Origin: an uncultured Bacteroidales bacterium
GTDB lineage: Bacteria > Bacteroidota > Bacteroidia > Bacteroidales > B18-G4
Direction: 5' to 3'
Assembly (NCBI GenBank): GCA_964508895.1
Contig: CAZDWF010000003.1
Coordinates: 1-63,217, forward strand
DNA length: 63,217 bases
The notes under the pieces are model-generated. The model saw only the letters and a list, made by a program, of their open reading frames with translations, ran no database searches and was not told the origin of the DNA. Below are positions 39,584 through 48,726 of the stretch, in pieces. The position numbers were made by a program, and so were the translations under genes. Each line of letters begins with the position of its first letter. Within the stretch, counting starts at the first letter, position 1.

Positions 39584-40432
39584 ATGAAAAGAATAATATT
39601 ATCGGTAAATAGCATATATAATAGAATGAGAATTACTAAAAAAGTAAATTCTCTTAAAATCATTGAGTCGTACGTTGATGATGATAAAGCCTTTATTAAA
39701 CTTGATAACGGTCTGCTATTCTATGGTTTAAAAAGTCGGAAAAAAGAGTTCAAATACTATAAACACCTAATCTCAAAAGAAATAAAAAGAATTCTTCCAT
39801 TTGATTGTTACAACCTGGCACTAAATATCATTATTCGATATTATGAAGGCGGCTTGAAATTTGGTGGTCCTGCCAAAGAATTATATTACAAAGTCAAAGA
39901 AGGAGATACTGTTGCTGAAATGGGTGCTTACCTTGGGCATTACACAATGTATCTTGCCTTGAAAGCTGGCAAATCAGGGAAAGTAATTGCCATTGAACCT
40001 ATGCCGGATAACCTGGAATTCCTTAAAAACAATATAAAGCAAAACTCCTTTGAAAATGTCACCATTATACCAAAAGGAGTATGGGATAAAACAGATGAAC
40101 TTGAAATCTTCCAGGAGAAAGACGATCATCAGTCTGCCAGTCTCGTAATAAAAAACGATAACAAGAACAAGATCAAAATCCCTGTTGATTCACTGGATAA
40201 TATTCTCACTCCGTTGGTTGATGACAAAATCGATTTTATGATAATTCAATTAAATGGTGTTGAACTAAAGGCTTTGCAGGGATTAGAAAAGTATAAACCT
40301 AAAAATATTGCAATAGCTGCAAGATATGACAATATTCAAAAGGAGATTGTAAAGCTATTGGATCAAAGAGGTTATAGAACAATTGTAGAATCCGGGAAGT
40401 ATATCTTTGCAGAATTAATAGAAGATGAATAA
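39584..40432 (+). CDS. FkbM family methyltransferase
   Basis: SAM-binding region VAEMGAYLGHYTMYLA ... VIAIEPMPDNLEFLKNNI. Confidence 0.6.
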   Translation: MKRIILSVNSIYNRMRITKKVNSLKIIESYVDDDKAFIKLDNGLLFYGLKSRKKEFKYYKHLISKEIKRILPFDCYNLALNIIIRYYEGGLKFGGPAKELYYKVKEGDTVAEMGAYLGHYTMYLALKAGKSGKVIAIEPMPDNLEFLKNNIKQNSFENVTIIPKGVWDKTDELEIFQEKDDHQSASLVIKNDNKNKIKIPVDSLDNILTPLVDDKIDFMIIQLNGVELKALQGLEKYKPKNIAIAARYDNIQKEIVKLLDQRGYRTIVESGKYIFAELIEDE

Positions 40433-41150
40433 TAAATTGATCAAAATATCTGTGATTGGCAATTCTGTTGCTATCAGGGTGAGGCCTCCGCAAAAACATC
40501 CCGATAACCGGAATTATACTCAATTATTAGAGGAGATTCTTAATAAGGATTTTTCAAAGCAATTAATATTGATAAATAGTATTGCTAATGGTGGTGATAC
40601 AGTTAATGATATGCTATCGAGTCTTGATCATTATGTAAGAAGCTTTCCTGATATATATATCCTCAACATTGGGGTTGTAGATGCTTCTACCAGGGAAATA
40701 CCAAAATGGTTCTTTAATATAATAAACAACAAGAAAGAAGGCTATTGCAGGAACTTCCTCAAACTTCTCTACAATGGGTTTATTAAAAAACACAGAAGAA
40801 AGCTTGTTTTATTATGTGGTAAAAAAACATGGATAAGTAAATTAAGATTTCGAAAAGCTTATACTACATTGGTATCTAATCTTATTAAAGAAACTAATGC
40901 ACGCGTTATTACCTTATCAATCAATAGAGGAAACGCCAGAATTGAGGAAGAAGTTCCTGGTTCTAATAAGAATTACAAACTATATTCCGAGATTATTAAA
41001 GAAGTATCAGAGGAGTTTGGTGCAATCTATATTTTATTAGATGACATAGAAAGTGATGCTCATTACCCTGATGGAGTTCATTTTTCAAAAGAAGGCCATA
41101 AAATTGTGGCTGATAAATTAGCAAGAGTTATTAAACCATTGCTCAAATAA
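40425..41150 (+). CDS. SGNH/GDSL-like hydrolase or acyl-esterase
   Basis: Block I ISVIGNSVA, block III NGGDT, block V DGVHFSKEGH; 8-nt overlap with the upstream gene. Confidence 0.55.
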   Translation: MNNKLIKISVIGNSVAIRVRPPQKHPDNRNYTQLLEEILNKDFSKQLILINSIANGGDTVNDMLSSLDHYVRSFPDIYILNIGVVDASTREIPKWFFNIINNKKEGYCRNFLKLLYNGFIKKHRRKLVLLCGKKTWISKLRFRKAYTTLVSNLIKETNARVITLSINRGNARIEEEVPGSNKNYKLYSEIIKEVSEEFGAIYILLDDIESDAHYPDGVHFSKEGHKIVADKLARVIKPLLK

Positions 41151-41166
41151 TTAAACCATCTCTTTA

Positions 41167-42549
41167 ATGGAAGGTGTACTTAATAAAAATAAAATCAATT
41201 ATATTTTATATCACTTATCATTAATAGTTGATTTAGAGCATCTTAAAAAATATAAGATGCTAAATTTTGTTAATGGAAGTACTTCCAAACAGGCCTCTGA
41301 TCCAGGTATTTATTTTAAGCTCTCAGATAGCAATCTCGATTCAAGTAAAATAAAATCTATAGATGACATTCCCGTGTTATTTCCTTTATCTGACATAAAA
41401 GATGTGTATTATTTTGATAATGGCAATTTATATTTCAGAGATGACCTGTTAAAATCTGCATTTTACTTTTTATCAGGATTTCAGGAATATAATTCAGTGG
41501 AAAAGGATGAGCTGGGAAGGTTTCCATATATGACTTCCATTCAGAACAAACTAAATATAACTCATATTCCTGTTGTAAACTATTACTTCGATTGGATAAA
41601 GAAAGGTATAGAAGAATTTTGCTCAATCCATGAAATTAAGCTTAAACCAAAAACAAGGCTTGAACCTTTCACATTCTTTCTAACACATGATATTGACAGG
41701 ATAAAATTCTATTCATTTAACAATTTGTTGCAAAGGTTAAAAGACATTCTTGGATTAACCCAAAACAGGCAAAGCACAAAAAAATCAATAAAACAGTTTT
41801 TCAGTATATTATTTCATCTGTTAAGGATATGCAACAAGCAGGATCCATGGTGGAATTTTAATTATTTATTGAAACTTGAAGAAAAATATAATGTTAAGTC
41901 AACATTTTTTTTCCTGCATAAAGATATGAAGCACAAAGATTCTTATTATTCTTTTAATGATCATAAAATTAGAACCCTAATACATGAATTATTAACTAAA
42001 AAATTCGATGTAGGAATTCATGGAACTATAAGGTCTGCATCAGATTTGGATAATATGATATGGCAGAAAGATGAAATGGAGAAAATAATTACAGACAAGG
42101 TTTACGGTATAAGGCAACATAATCTTGTTTATATGAATCCGGAAACATCATTTATTCAACAAGATGCTGGGTTTAAGTATGATAGCAGTCTTGGCTTTGC
42201 AGAACATGAAGGATTCAGAAATTCATACTGTATGCCTTTTAAATTATATAATTTTCAGGAAGATAAGGCGTTTGATTGCTGGGAAATTCCTCTAAACGTA
42301 ATGGATGTAACATTATTTCACTACAGGAAACTTGATTTAACAAAAGCAAAAAATAATATTCTGGGGCTTATTTCCGAAATTATGAAGTTCAATGGAATTT
42401 TCACTCTTCTGTGGCATAATAATCACTTTAATGAAGATTTAATTCCAGGCATTACAGACTTTTATGAGACACTCATTAATGATATAATGAATATGGGTCC
42501 TGTTTCATCAACAGGGAAAGAAATTATTTCAAAAATTAATAACTCTTAA
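41167..42549 (+). CDS. Polysaccharide deacetylase-like protein with N-terminal extra domain
   Basis: FFLTHDIDR, GIHGT and GIRQH ... YDSSLGF motifs resemble divergent NodB/CE4-like deacetylases. Confidence 0.45.
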   Translation: MEGVLNKNKINYILYHLSLIVDLEHLKKYKMLNFVNGSTSKQASDPGIYFKLSDSNLDSSKIKSIDDIPVLFPLSDIKDVYYFDNGNLYFRDDLLKSAFYFLSGFQEYNSVEKDELGRFPYMTSIQNKLNITHIPVVNYYFDWIKKGIEEFCSIHEIKLKPKTRLEPFTFFLTHDIDRIKFYSFNNLLQRLKDILGLTQNRQSTKKSIKQFFSILFHLLRICNKQDPWWNFNYLLKLEEKYNVKSTFFFLHKDMKHKDSYYSFNDHKIRTLIHELLTKKFDVGIHGTIRSASDLDNMIWQKDEMEKIITDKVYGIRQHNLVYMNPETSFIQQDAGFKYDSSLGFAEHEGFRNSYCMPFKLYNFQEDKAFDCWEIPLNVMDVTLFHYRKLDLTKAKNNILGLISEIMKFNGIFTLLWHNNHFNEDLIPGITDFYETLINDIMNMGPVSSTGKEIISKINNS

Positions 42550-42562
42550 ATTTAGCTTTAGC

Positions 42563-44074
42563 TTGCTGGATAAGTTAAGACATACAATAAGGCAAACAGC
42601 CATTTATGGAATAGGTAAATTGGGCACCAAACTTATTGGGCTAATATTATTACCTCTTTACACAGATTATTTAACAACATCCCAATATGGTATCCTGTCA
42701 TTGCTGGAAGTAACATCTCAGATTATGATCGGAATACTTGGATTCCGGCTTTCCAATGCTATGATGAGATGGATGGCTGGAGAAAAAGATCCTGAAAAGA
42801 AAAAGACTATTGTATTTACAACCTATCTCTCAACTATTGCTATAGTTCTAATTTCCTGGACATTATTAATCCCGTTTACTGATCAGTTTTCATTATGGTA
42901 TTTTGAATCAAATGAGTTTTCAACCTATTTTCTGATCCTATTCTTGTCAGTTGGTTTTGAGATCCTGAACCATATTACTTTTGACCTTATCAGGATGGCC
43001 GAAAAGGCTGTATTCTTTATTATTATCGTATCTGTAAAGCTTGCTGCAATACTTGGACTTAATATTTACTTTATTATTGCTTTAGAACTTGGTGTTAAGG
43101 GAATTATCCTTAGTATGTTAATAGGAAATCTACTAATGCTGGTGATTTCCATACCATTTATTCTTAAAAGAATTAACCTTCATTATGACAGGATAATATT
43201 CGGTCAGATGTTCCGTTTTGGATTTCCAATAATATTTTCAGGACTATCGGTAATGATATTATCTTTTGCAGACCGATTCATCCTGAAACAATTAAAAGAT
43301 CTTTCAGAAGTGGGGATATATACTACAGGATATAAAATTGCTGGCGTAATTAATGTATTATTATTGCAATCCTTTCAAACTGGCTTTCTCCCTATTGCTT
43401 ATAAAATGTTTGACAGGAAAGATGCGAGCCGTTTCTTTGCAAAAGTGCTCACCTACCTCACCTATGTGTTAATGATTGCAGTATTGGTATTATCATTATT
43501 TTCAAAGGAATTTATAATGCTCTTTATTTCAAATAAAAGCTATTGGAGTGCCTATACTATAGTTCCACTAATAAGCCTGACTTTTCTGATTAAAGGATGG
43601 CAATATGTTTTTGTTCTGGGTTTACACTATTCAAAGAACACTAAGTATATTGCCTACATTGTTTTATTGGCTGTTGGAGTAAATATTGGATTGAACTATT
43701 TATTGATACCTTACTGGGGAATTTATGGTGCAGCTGTAACTTCAATATTCTCAACATTGATAAATGTAATACTGATCTATCGCTACTCTCAAAAATTCTA
43801 TGCAATAAAATATGAATTTTCAAAGCTCATAAAGATTGTAATTATGGGTTTGGCAATCCTGGCTGTATATTATTTTATTAATGACTTAAATATTTACATT
43901 CGCATTCCTGTTAAAGTTATTCTGATAATCTCTTTCCCAATCGGTTTATATTTTATGAATTTCTACGATAAAATTGAAATTGAACGATTCAAGGATTTCC
44001 GGGATACCTGGAGACATCCTGGAAAATGGAAAGAGAATGTTAGCAGACTTAGAAAGTCTAAACTTTCTGATTAG
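42563..44074 (+). CDS. Oligosaccharide flippase (Wzx / MOP superfamily)
   Basis: 503 aa, about 12-14 TM helices, typical polysaccharide biosynthesis protein N-terminus (GKLGTKLIGLILLPLYT); TTG start. Confidence 0.7.
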   Translation: MLDKLRHTIRQTAIYGIGKLGTKLIGLILLPLYTDYLTTSQYGILSLLEVTSQIMIGILGFRLSNAMMRWMAGEKDPEKKKTIVFTTYLSTIAIVLISWTLLIPFTDQFSLWYFESNEFSTYFLILFLSVGFEILNHITFDLIRMAEKAVFFIIIVSVKLAAILGLNIYFIIALELGVKGIILSMLIGNLLMLVISIPFILKRINLHYDRIIFGQMFRFGFPIIFSGLSVMILSFADRFILKQLKDLSEVGIYTTGYKIAGVINVLLLQSFQTGFLPIAYKMFDRKDASRFFAKVLTYLTYVLMIAVLVLSLFSKEFIMLFISNKSYWSAYTIVPLISLTFLIKGWQYVFVLGLHYSKNTKYIAYIVLLAVGVNIGLNYLLIPYWGIYGAAVTSIFSTLINVILIYRYSQKFYAIKYEFSKLIKIVIMGLAILAVYYFINDLNIYIRIPVKVILIISFPIGLYFMNFYDKIEIERFKDFRDTWRHPGKWKENVSRLRKSKLSD

Positions 44075-44131
44075 TACTACATATAAACAAAGTTGAAAAT
44101 GCATTCACTTTGAGGTTATTGTGAAAAGTTA

Positions 44132-44139
44132 TACATTTG
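44132..44139 (+). promoter_or_regulatory. Bacteroidota -7 promoter box TACATTTG
   Basis: Matches TAnnTTTG, 76 nt before the ATG at 44215. Confidence 0.3.
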
Positions 44140-44214
44140 GGGTTGCTTTAAAAGGTCATAGCTTGCGTTAGAAAGATGATGCTATGATTTACACTTAAAT
44201 GCTAAGAATACTCA

Positions 44215-45216
44215 ATGACAGATAAACTAAAAAATATATGTTTTATAGGAGCAGGGAATATTGGCACTTCCCTGGGTAACAGACTTGCATTCAGGAAGAA
44301 CCTGAATATTCAACTTCTCACAATAGAGAAAGATGTTGTTAAGCCTATTAACAAATACCACATAAATCAGAAGTATTTTCCAAAACTTAAGCTTAATAAA
44401 AACTTAAAAGCCACATTAGACCCTCAGGTTCTTACACAAGCACAGGTTATTTTTATAGCTATACCTTCAGGAATAACTGTTAATTATCTTAAAGAGAATT
44501 ATAATTTTATAGAGCAGGATGCTATCCTTGTTAATCTAGCAAAAGGCTTCGCTCCTGATGGAAGAACCATCAATGAATGTCTTATCGACACCTTTCCAAA
44601 TCCTGTATGTTCTTTAAAAGGGCCAACATTCGCAAGAGATATAGTAAACTCCGCTCCCACTGCATTTACTTTCGCTGCAAAAGACAAATCATTATTTCCT
44701 GTATTCAGGTCACTTTTTGACAAAACAGAAATATACCTTGATTTTACTACGGATGTAATTGGAATAGAAATACTAAGTATCCTGAAAAATATTTATGCCA
44801 TAGTAATTGGAATTGTTGATGCTCACTTTAATTCTCCAAACCTGAGGTTTTTAATATTAACCAAGGCATTTAATGAGATGCACAGTATTTTATTATTATT
44901 GAAAGGTGAGAGTGAAACTCTGTTCCACTATTGTGGTTTCGGGGATTTTAGTCTTACAGCATTGAATGATTTAAGCAGAAACAGAACCTTAGGTTTATTG
45001 ATTGGAAAAGGTTTCTTTATTGATGACATTTCAGATAAAGTGGTACTGGAAGGAAAAAATGCTGTAAATGTTATTGTTGACAAGCTTCATAAATTAAATA
45101 AAGACGAATCAGACTTCCCTATTTTATGCGAATTATTTAAAGTATTTAATAATAATTACAACGTATCAAATTTTGTCAATCGTCTTCTTAAGAGAATAGA
45201 TTCCAGGATAGATTAA
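44215..45216 (+). CDS. GpsA-like NAD(P)H-dependent glycerol-3-phosphate dehydrogenase family protein
   Basis: Rossmann motif FIGAGNIGTSLG, LAKGF and KGPTFARDI segments parallel GpsA motifs. Confidence 0.6.
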   Translation: MTDKLKNICFIGAGNIGTSLGNRLAFRKNLNIQLLTIEKDVVKPINKYHINQKYFPKLKLNKNLKATLDPQVLTQAQVIFIAIPSGITVNYLKENYNFIEQDAILVNLAKGFAPDGRTINECLIDTFPNPVCSLKGPTFARDIVNSAPTAFTFAAKDKSLFPVFRSLFDKTEIYLDFTTDVIGIEILSILKNIYAIVIGIVDAHFNSPNLRFLILTKAFNEMHSILLLLKGESETLFHYCGFGDFSLTALNDLSRNRTLGLLIGKGFFIDDISDKVVLEGKNAVNVIVDKLHKLNKDESDFPILCELFKVFNNNYNVSNFVNRLLKRIDSRID

Positions 45217-45223
45217 TCAATTA

Positions 45224-45880
45224 TTGAAAAAACATTTATTGAATATGCAATTTGATAGCAATAATATACTTGTTCTGGCACCTCATACAGATGATGGTGA
45301 ATTAGGCTGCGGCGGCAGTATAGCAAAATATCTTGAAGAAGGTAAAAATGTATATTACGCTGCATTTTCAACAGCTAAAGAATCATTACCAGAAGAATTA
45401 CCCGATAACACTCTGGAAAAGGAAGTTAAGGAAGCAACTAAAAGGTTGGGCATTCCTGAAGAAAACCTTATCATCTTTGGTTTCCAGGTAAGAAAGCTCA
45501 ATTATGAACGTCAGAATGTTTTAGAAGAACTCGTTAAACTAAAGAAAGATATCTTACCAGGAATGGTATTCATGCCATCCCCTAATGATCTGCATCAGGA
45601 TCATTTTACTATTGCCACTGAATGCATGAGGGCATTTAAGGAAACAAGTATACTTGCCTATGAATTACCATGGAATAATATAACTTTTAACACTCAGGCT
45701 TTTGTTACACTGGAAGAAAGACATGTAGAGAAAAAGGTTTATGCTCTTGATGCATATAATTCACAAAAGAAAAGATCTTATCTAAACAAAGAATTCATTT
45801 ACAGCTGGGCAAGAACAAGAGGTGTACAAATCAAAACTAATTTTGCTGAAACATTTGAAGTTATTAGATGGATTATCTAA
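45224..45880 (+). CDS. PIG-L/LmbE family de-N-acetylase
   Basis: APHTDDGELGCGG and HQDH zinc-site motifs; TTG start. Confidence 0.75.
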   Translation: MKKHLLNMQFDSNNILVLAPHTDDGELGCGGSIAKYLEEGKNVYYAAFSTAKESLPEELPDNTLEKEVKEATKRLGIPEENLIIFGFQVRKLNYERQNVLEELVKLKKDILPGMVFMPSPNDLHQDHFTIATECMRAFKETSILAYELPWNNITFNTQAFVTLEERHVEKKVYALDAYNSQKKRSYLNKEFIYSWARTRGVQIKTNFAETFEVIRWII

Positions 45881-45887
45881 TGTAGCT

Positions 45888-46886
45888 ATGTCAAATAAAA
45901 GCTTACAGGATTTTAACAGATTACGCAAAAAGGAGCATTATAAAGATGAATCCCAGGAAAACTACCTTCTTGATCTCAATAAAGTTTTACAGGAGAAAGA
46001 AATTGAAAAGTATTTAGACCTGGAAGAAGAGTATCCAAGTATTTTTGTATTTGGACTGCCAAGATCAGGTACCACATTTATGACTCAGCTCATTGCGCAT
46101 TCTTTTAATATAGGATACATTAATAATTTCATGGCCCGTTTCTGGCTGGCCCCTGTCACAGGAATAAAACTTTCCAATATTATTTACGGGCAAGAAAGCA
46201 ATGCATATTTCGATTCTGATTATGCATCCACGAAAAGCATGACGGATATCCATGAATTTGGTTATTTCTGGAGAAACTGGCTAAAGAAAGACAGCATTCC
46301 GGAAATTATACGGTCAAAAGAGAATGAAGAAATAATTGACTGGGCAGGATTAAAAAAATGCATTCTAAATATCCATAATGCATTTGGAAAAGCCTGGATA
46401 TGCAAGAATATTTTTGGGGCTTATCACATTGAAAAGCTTTCTCAATTATTAAAGAAGTCATTGTTTGTATATATTGAAAGGGATCCTTTGGATAACGCTA
46501 TTTCAATATTGGATGCACGCAAAAAATTCTATTCGGATATAAATTTATGGTGGAGCACAGTCCCTTATGAGTATGAAGACCTTAAAGATCTTCCAGTTAT
46601 GGAACAGATCACCGGCCAGGTACATTATTTAAGAGAGTTCTATGCAAATGAACTTTCAAAACTACCTGATAACCGTTATATGATCATTGATTACAAAGAT
46701 GTAACTACTTCTCCTTACAATACCGTTGAAAAAATCAAAGATAAACTGGATCAGCTAACATCTTATGATAATGAACTCCTTGGCAATGCAAGAATGATTT
46801 CCAGTGAAAATGTTATTTTCAGAACCTACAAAAACAGAGATTCAGAGAAACATATATTTAATATCTTATTAAACAGGTTTAGGTAG
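45888..46886 (+). CDS. Sulfotransferase family protein
   Basis: PAPS-binding loop GLPRSGTTF and YIERDPLDNAIS. I prefer the in-frame ATG at 45888 (8 nt after the PIG-L stop) over the ORF-track start at 45822, which overlaps the PIG-L gene by 59 nt. Confidence 0.65.
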   Translation: MSNKSLQDFNRLRKKEHYKDESQENYLLDLNKVLQEKEIEKYLDLEEEYPSIFVFGLPRSGTTFMTQLIAHSFNIGYINNFMARFWLAPVTGIKLSNIIYGQESNAYFDSDYASTKSMTDIHEFGYFWRNWLKKDSIPEIIRSKENEEIIDWAGLKKCILNIHNAFGKAWICKNIFGAYHIEKLSQLLKKSLFVYIERDPLDNAISILDARKKFYSDINLWWSTVPYEYEDLKDLPVMEQITGQVHYLREFYANELSKLPDNRYMIIDYKDVTTSPYNTVEKIKDKLDQLTSYDNELLGNARMISSENVIFRTYKNRDSEKHIFNILLNRFR

Positions 46887-46899
46887 TATAACCAGTAAG

Positions 46900-47892
46900 T
46901 TAATGCTTCAGAATTTTTTGTTTCCCGATTAAAGTTCCTGATTGATTATAAAGAAGTATAAAATATATTCCAGCTTTGAAGTTTGAAATATTAATTCTGG
47001 AAATATTTGTATAAGTGGCAAGCCTGTTTCCTGAAATAGTATAAAATTCAACCTCCTTAGCATCAGCATTATTAATGTATATTATATCTCTTGCAGGATT
47101 GGGATAAACTGAGATTTGGTTCTCTTTCTCCTTTTCCAGGATTGAAGTAAGCTGCATATTGTATAATTGCCAAACTTCTATTGAATCAAGAGCTCCGGCA
47201 AAAACAATCAGCTCATCAATATCTCCGTTAAATGCACCTTGAACCTGTGAGAAGAAATGATGTGCGCCTATACTAACCCAATCAATGTTTGTATGAAAAT
47301 TGCCAACCTGAATGAATGGTTCAATAATAACCATCTCTGTATCCAGGAACATTCTCATCATATCATCAGTAGTATCACAGGTTATAACATAATGATGCCA
47401 TTCACCATAATCAAAAGATGGATATCTGATTTGAATTGGATAAGGGCTGGGAGGATAATAACCTCTTAAAGAAAACTCAATGAACCCTGTTTGGTCTTCA
47501 GCAGTTAATGCTATTGTTGATCCTGCAGATTGTGAAGCATCATTACATCTTTGTTCAAAGACCATATTATTGCCATTTCCTCCACCCGGACCATCCATTT
47601 TGGCCCATACGGATAAAGTAAATTCCATTACAGTAATAATAGCTGAATCATTATTAAGCTGTATCCTGCTTGAAATACCATCAAAATTATAAGCATTATT
47701 TGGATATCCCAACATGTCGTTCGTTAATGTTGCACCCTCGGATATACCATGATACTCATTTCCGCTAATATCATTCGCATTATTATGAAATGGATAGTAT
47801 GCTATTATACTATCAAATTGAAACTGAGCAATACTAAAGCTATTAAAGAGGATCAACAATAAGCTCAATAAGAGTAAGTTCTTGATTTTCAT
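46900..47892 (-). CDS. LamG/concanavalin-like domain secreted protein with T9SS type A CTD
   Basis: NAYNFDG ... FTLSVWAKMDG LamG-type pattern; CTD ISVYPNPARDIIYI ... GIYFILLYN. Confidence 0.65.
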   Translation of the reverse strand: MKIKNLLLLSLLLILFNSFSIAQFQFDSIIAYYPFHNNANDISGNEYHGISEGATLTNDMLGYPNNAYNFDGISSRIQLNNDSAIITVMEFTLSVWAKMDGPGGGNGNNMVFEQRCNDASQSAGSTIALTAEDQTGFIEFSLRGYYPPSPYPIQIRYPSFDYGEWHHYVITCDTTDDMMRMFLDTEMVIIEPFIQVGNFHTNIDWVSIGAHHFFSQVQGAFNGDIDELIVFAGALDSIEVWQLYNMQLTSILEKEKENQISVYPNPARDIIYINNADAKEVEFYTISGNRLATYTNISRINISNFKAGIYFILLYNQSGTLIGKQKILKH

Positions 47893-48019
47893 AATTATTT
47901 AAATTAAAAATGGTTTATTAACTTTAAAGTTACAAATTATTTAAATGATATTAAATATTAATTAAAATCCTTCAGGGACTAAAAAAATTCTCAACGAATA
48001 TTCGTATTTTTGATACTCA

Positions 48020-48715
48020 ATGAAAGAAAGCAAAATAGTTGCCATACATCAACCCAATTTTTTGCCTTGGCTTGGGTATTTTCATAAGATTATGGAAAGT
48101 GATGTTTTTGTCTTACTTGATGACGTTGAATATACTAAGAATGGTTTCATTAACAGAAATAAGATTAAAACTCCACAGGGGGAACAATGGATCACTGTTC
48201 CTGTAAATTATTCAGGGAAGTCAAAACAAAAAATAAATGAAGTAGATATTTTTAATCCTGAAAAATTTAAAAAGAAGATTCTGGCTACAATTGAAATGAA
48301 TTATAAGAAAGCTGATTATTTTAATAATTATTTTGAAGAACTTGCTGAAGTCTTTTATAATAGCAATCAAAAACTTTCAAAACTAAATATTCTATTAATT
48401 AAATGGATTTGTGAAAAACTTGACATAGAATCACTAATCTATACCTCATCTGAGTTAGATATTATAGAGGATGACCCATCAGCAAAATTAATAGCTATTT
48501 GTAAAGAGTTTAATGGAAACCAGTATCTCTCTGGTTTTGGTGGGGATAATTATCAGGAGCACCAAAAATTCGAAGAAGCAGGAATTGAATTAATCCAATC
48601 AAAATTTAAACAAACTGAATACTCTCAAAAATGGGGAGAGTTTATTCCTTATTTGTCAGTGATTGACGGACTACTGAATTTAGGGGATAAGCTAAAAGAG
48701 GTAATCTCCAAATAG
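48020..48715 (+). CDS. WbqC family protein
   Basis: N-terminal AIHQPNFLPWLGYFHKI motif. Confidence 0.65.
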   Translation: MKESKIVAIHQPNFLPWLGYFHKIMESDVFVLLDDVEYTKNGFINRNKIKTPQGEQWITVPVNYSGKSKQKINEVDIFNPEKFKKKILATIEMNYKKADYFNNYFEELAEVFYNSNQKLSKLNILLIKWICEKLDIESLIYTSSELDIIEDDPSAKLIAICKEFNGNQYLSGFGGDNYQEHQKFEEAGIELIQSKFKQTEYSQKWGEFIPYLSVIDGLLNLGDKLKEVISK

Positions 48716-48726
48716 AAATAGTTCAT

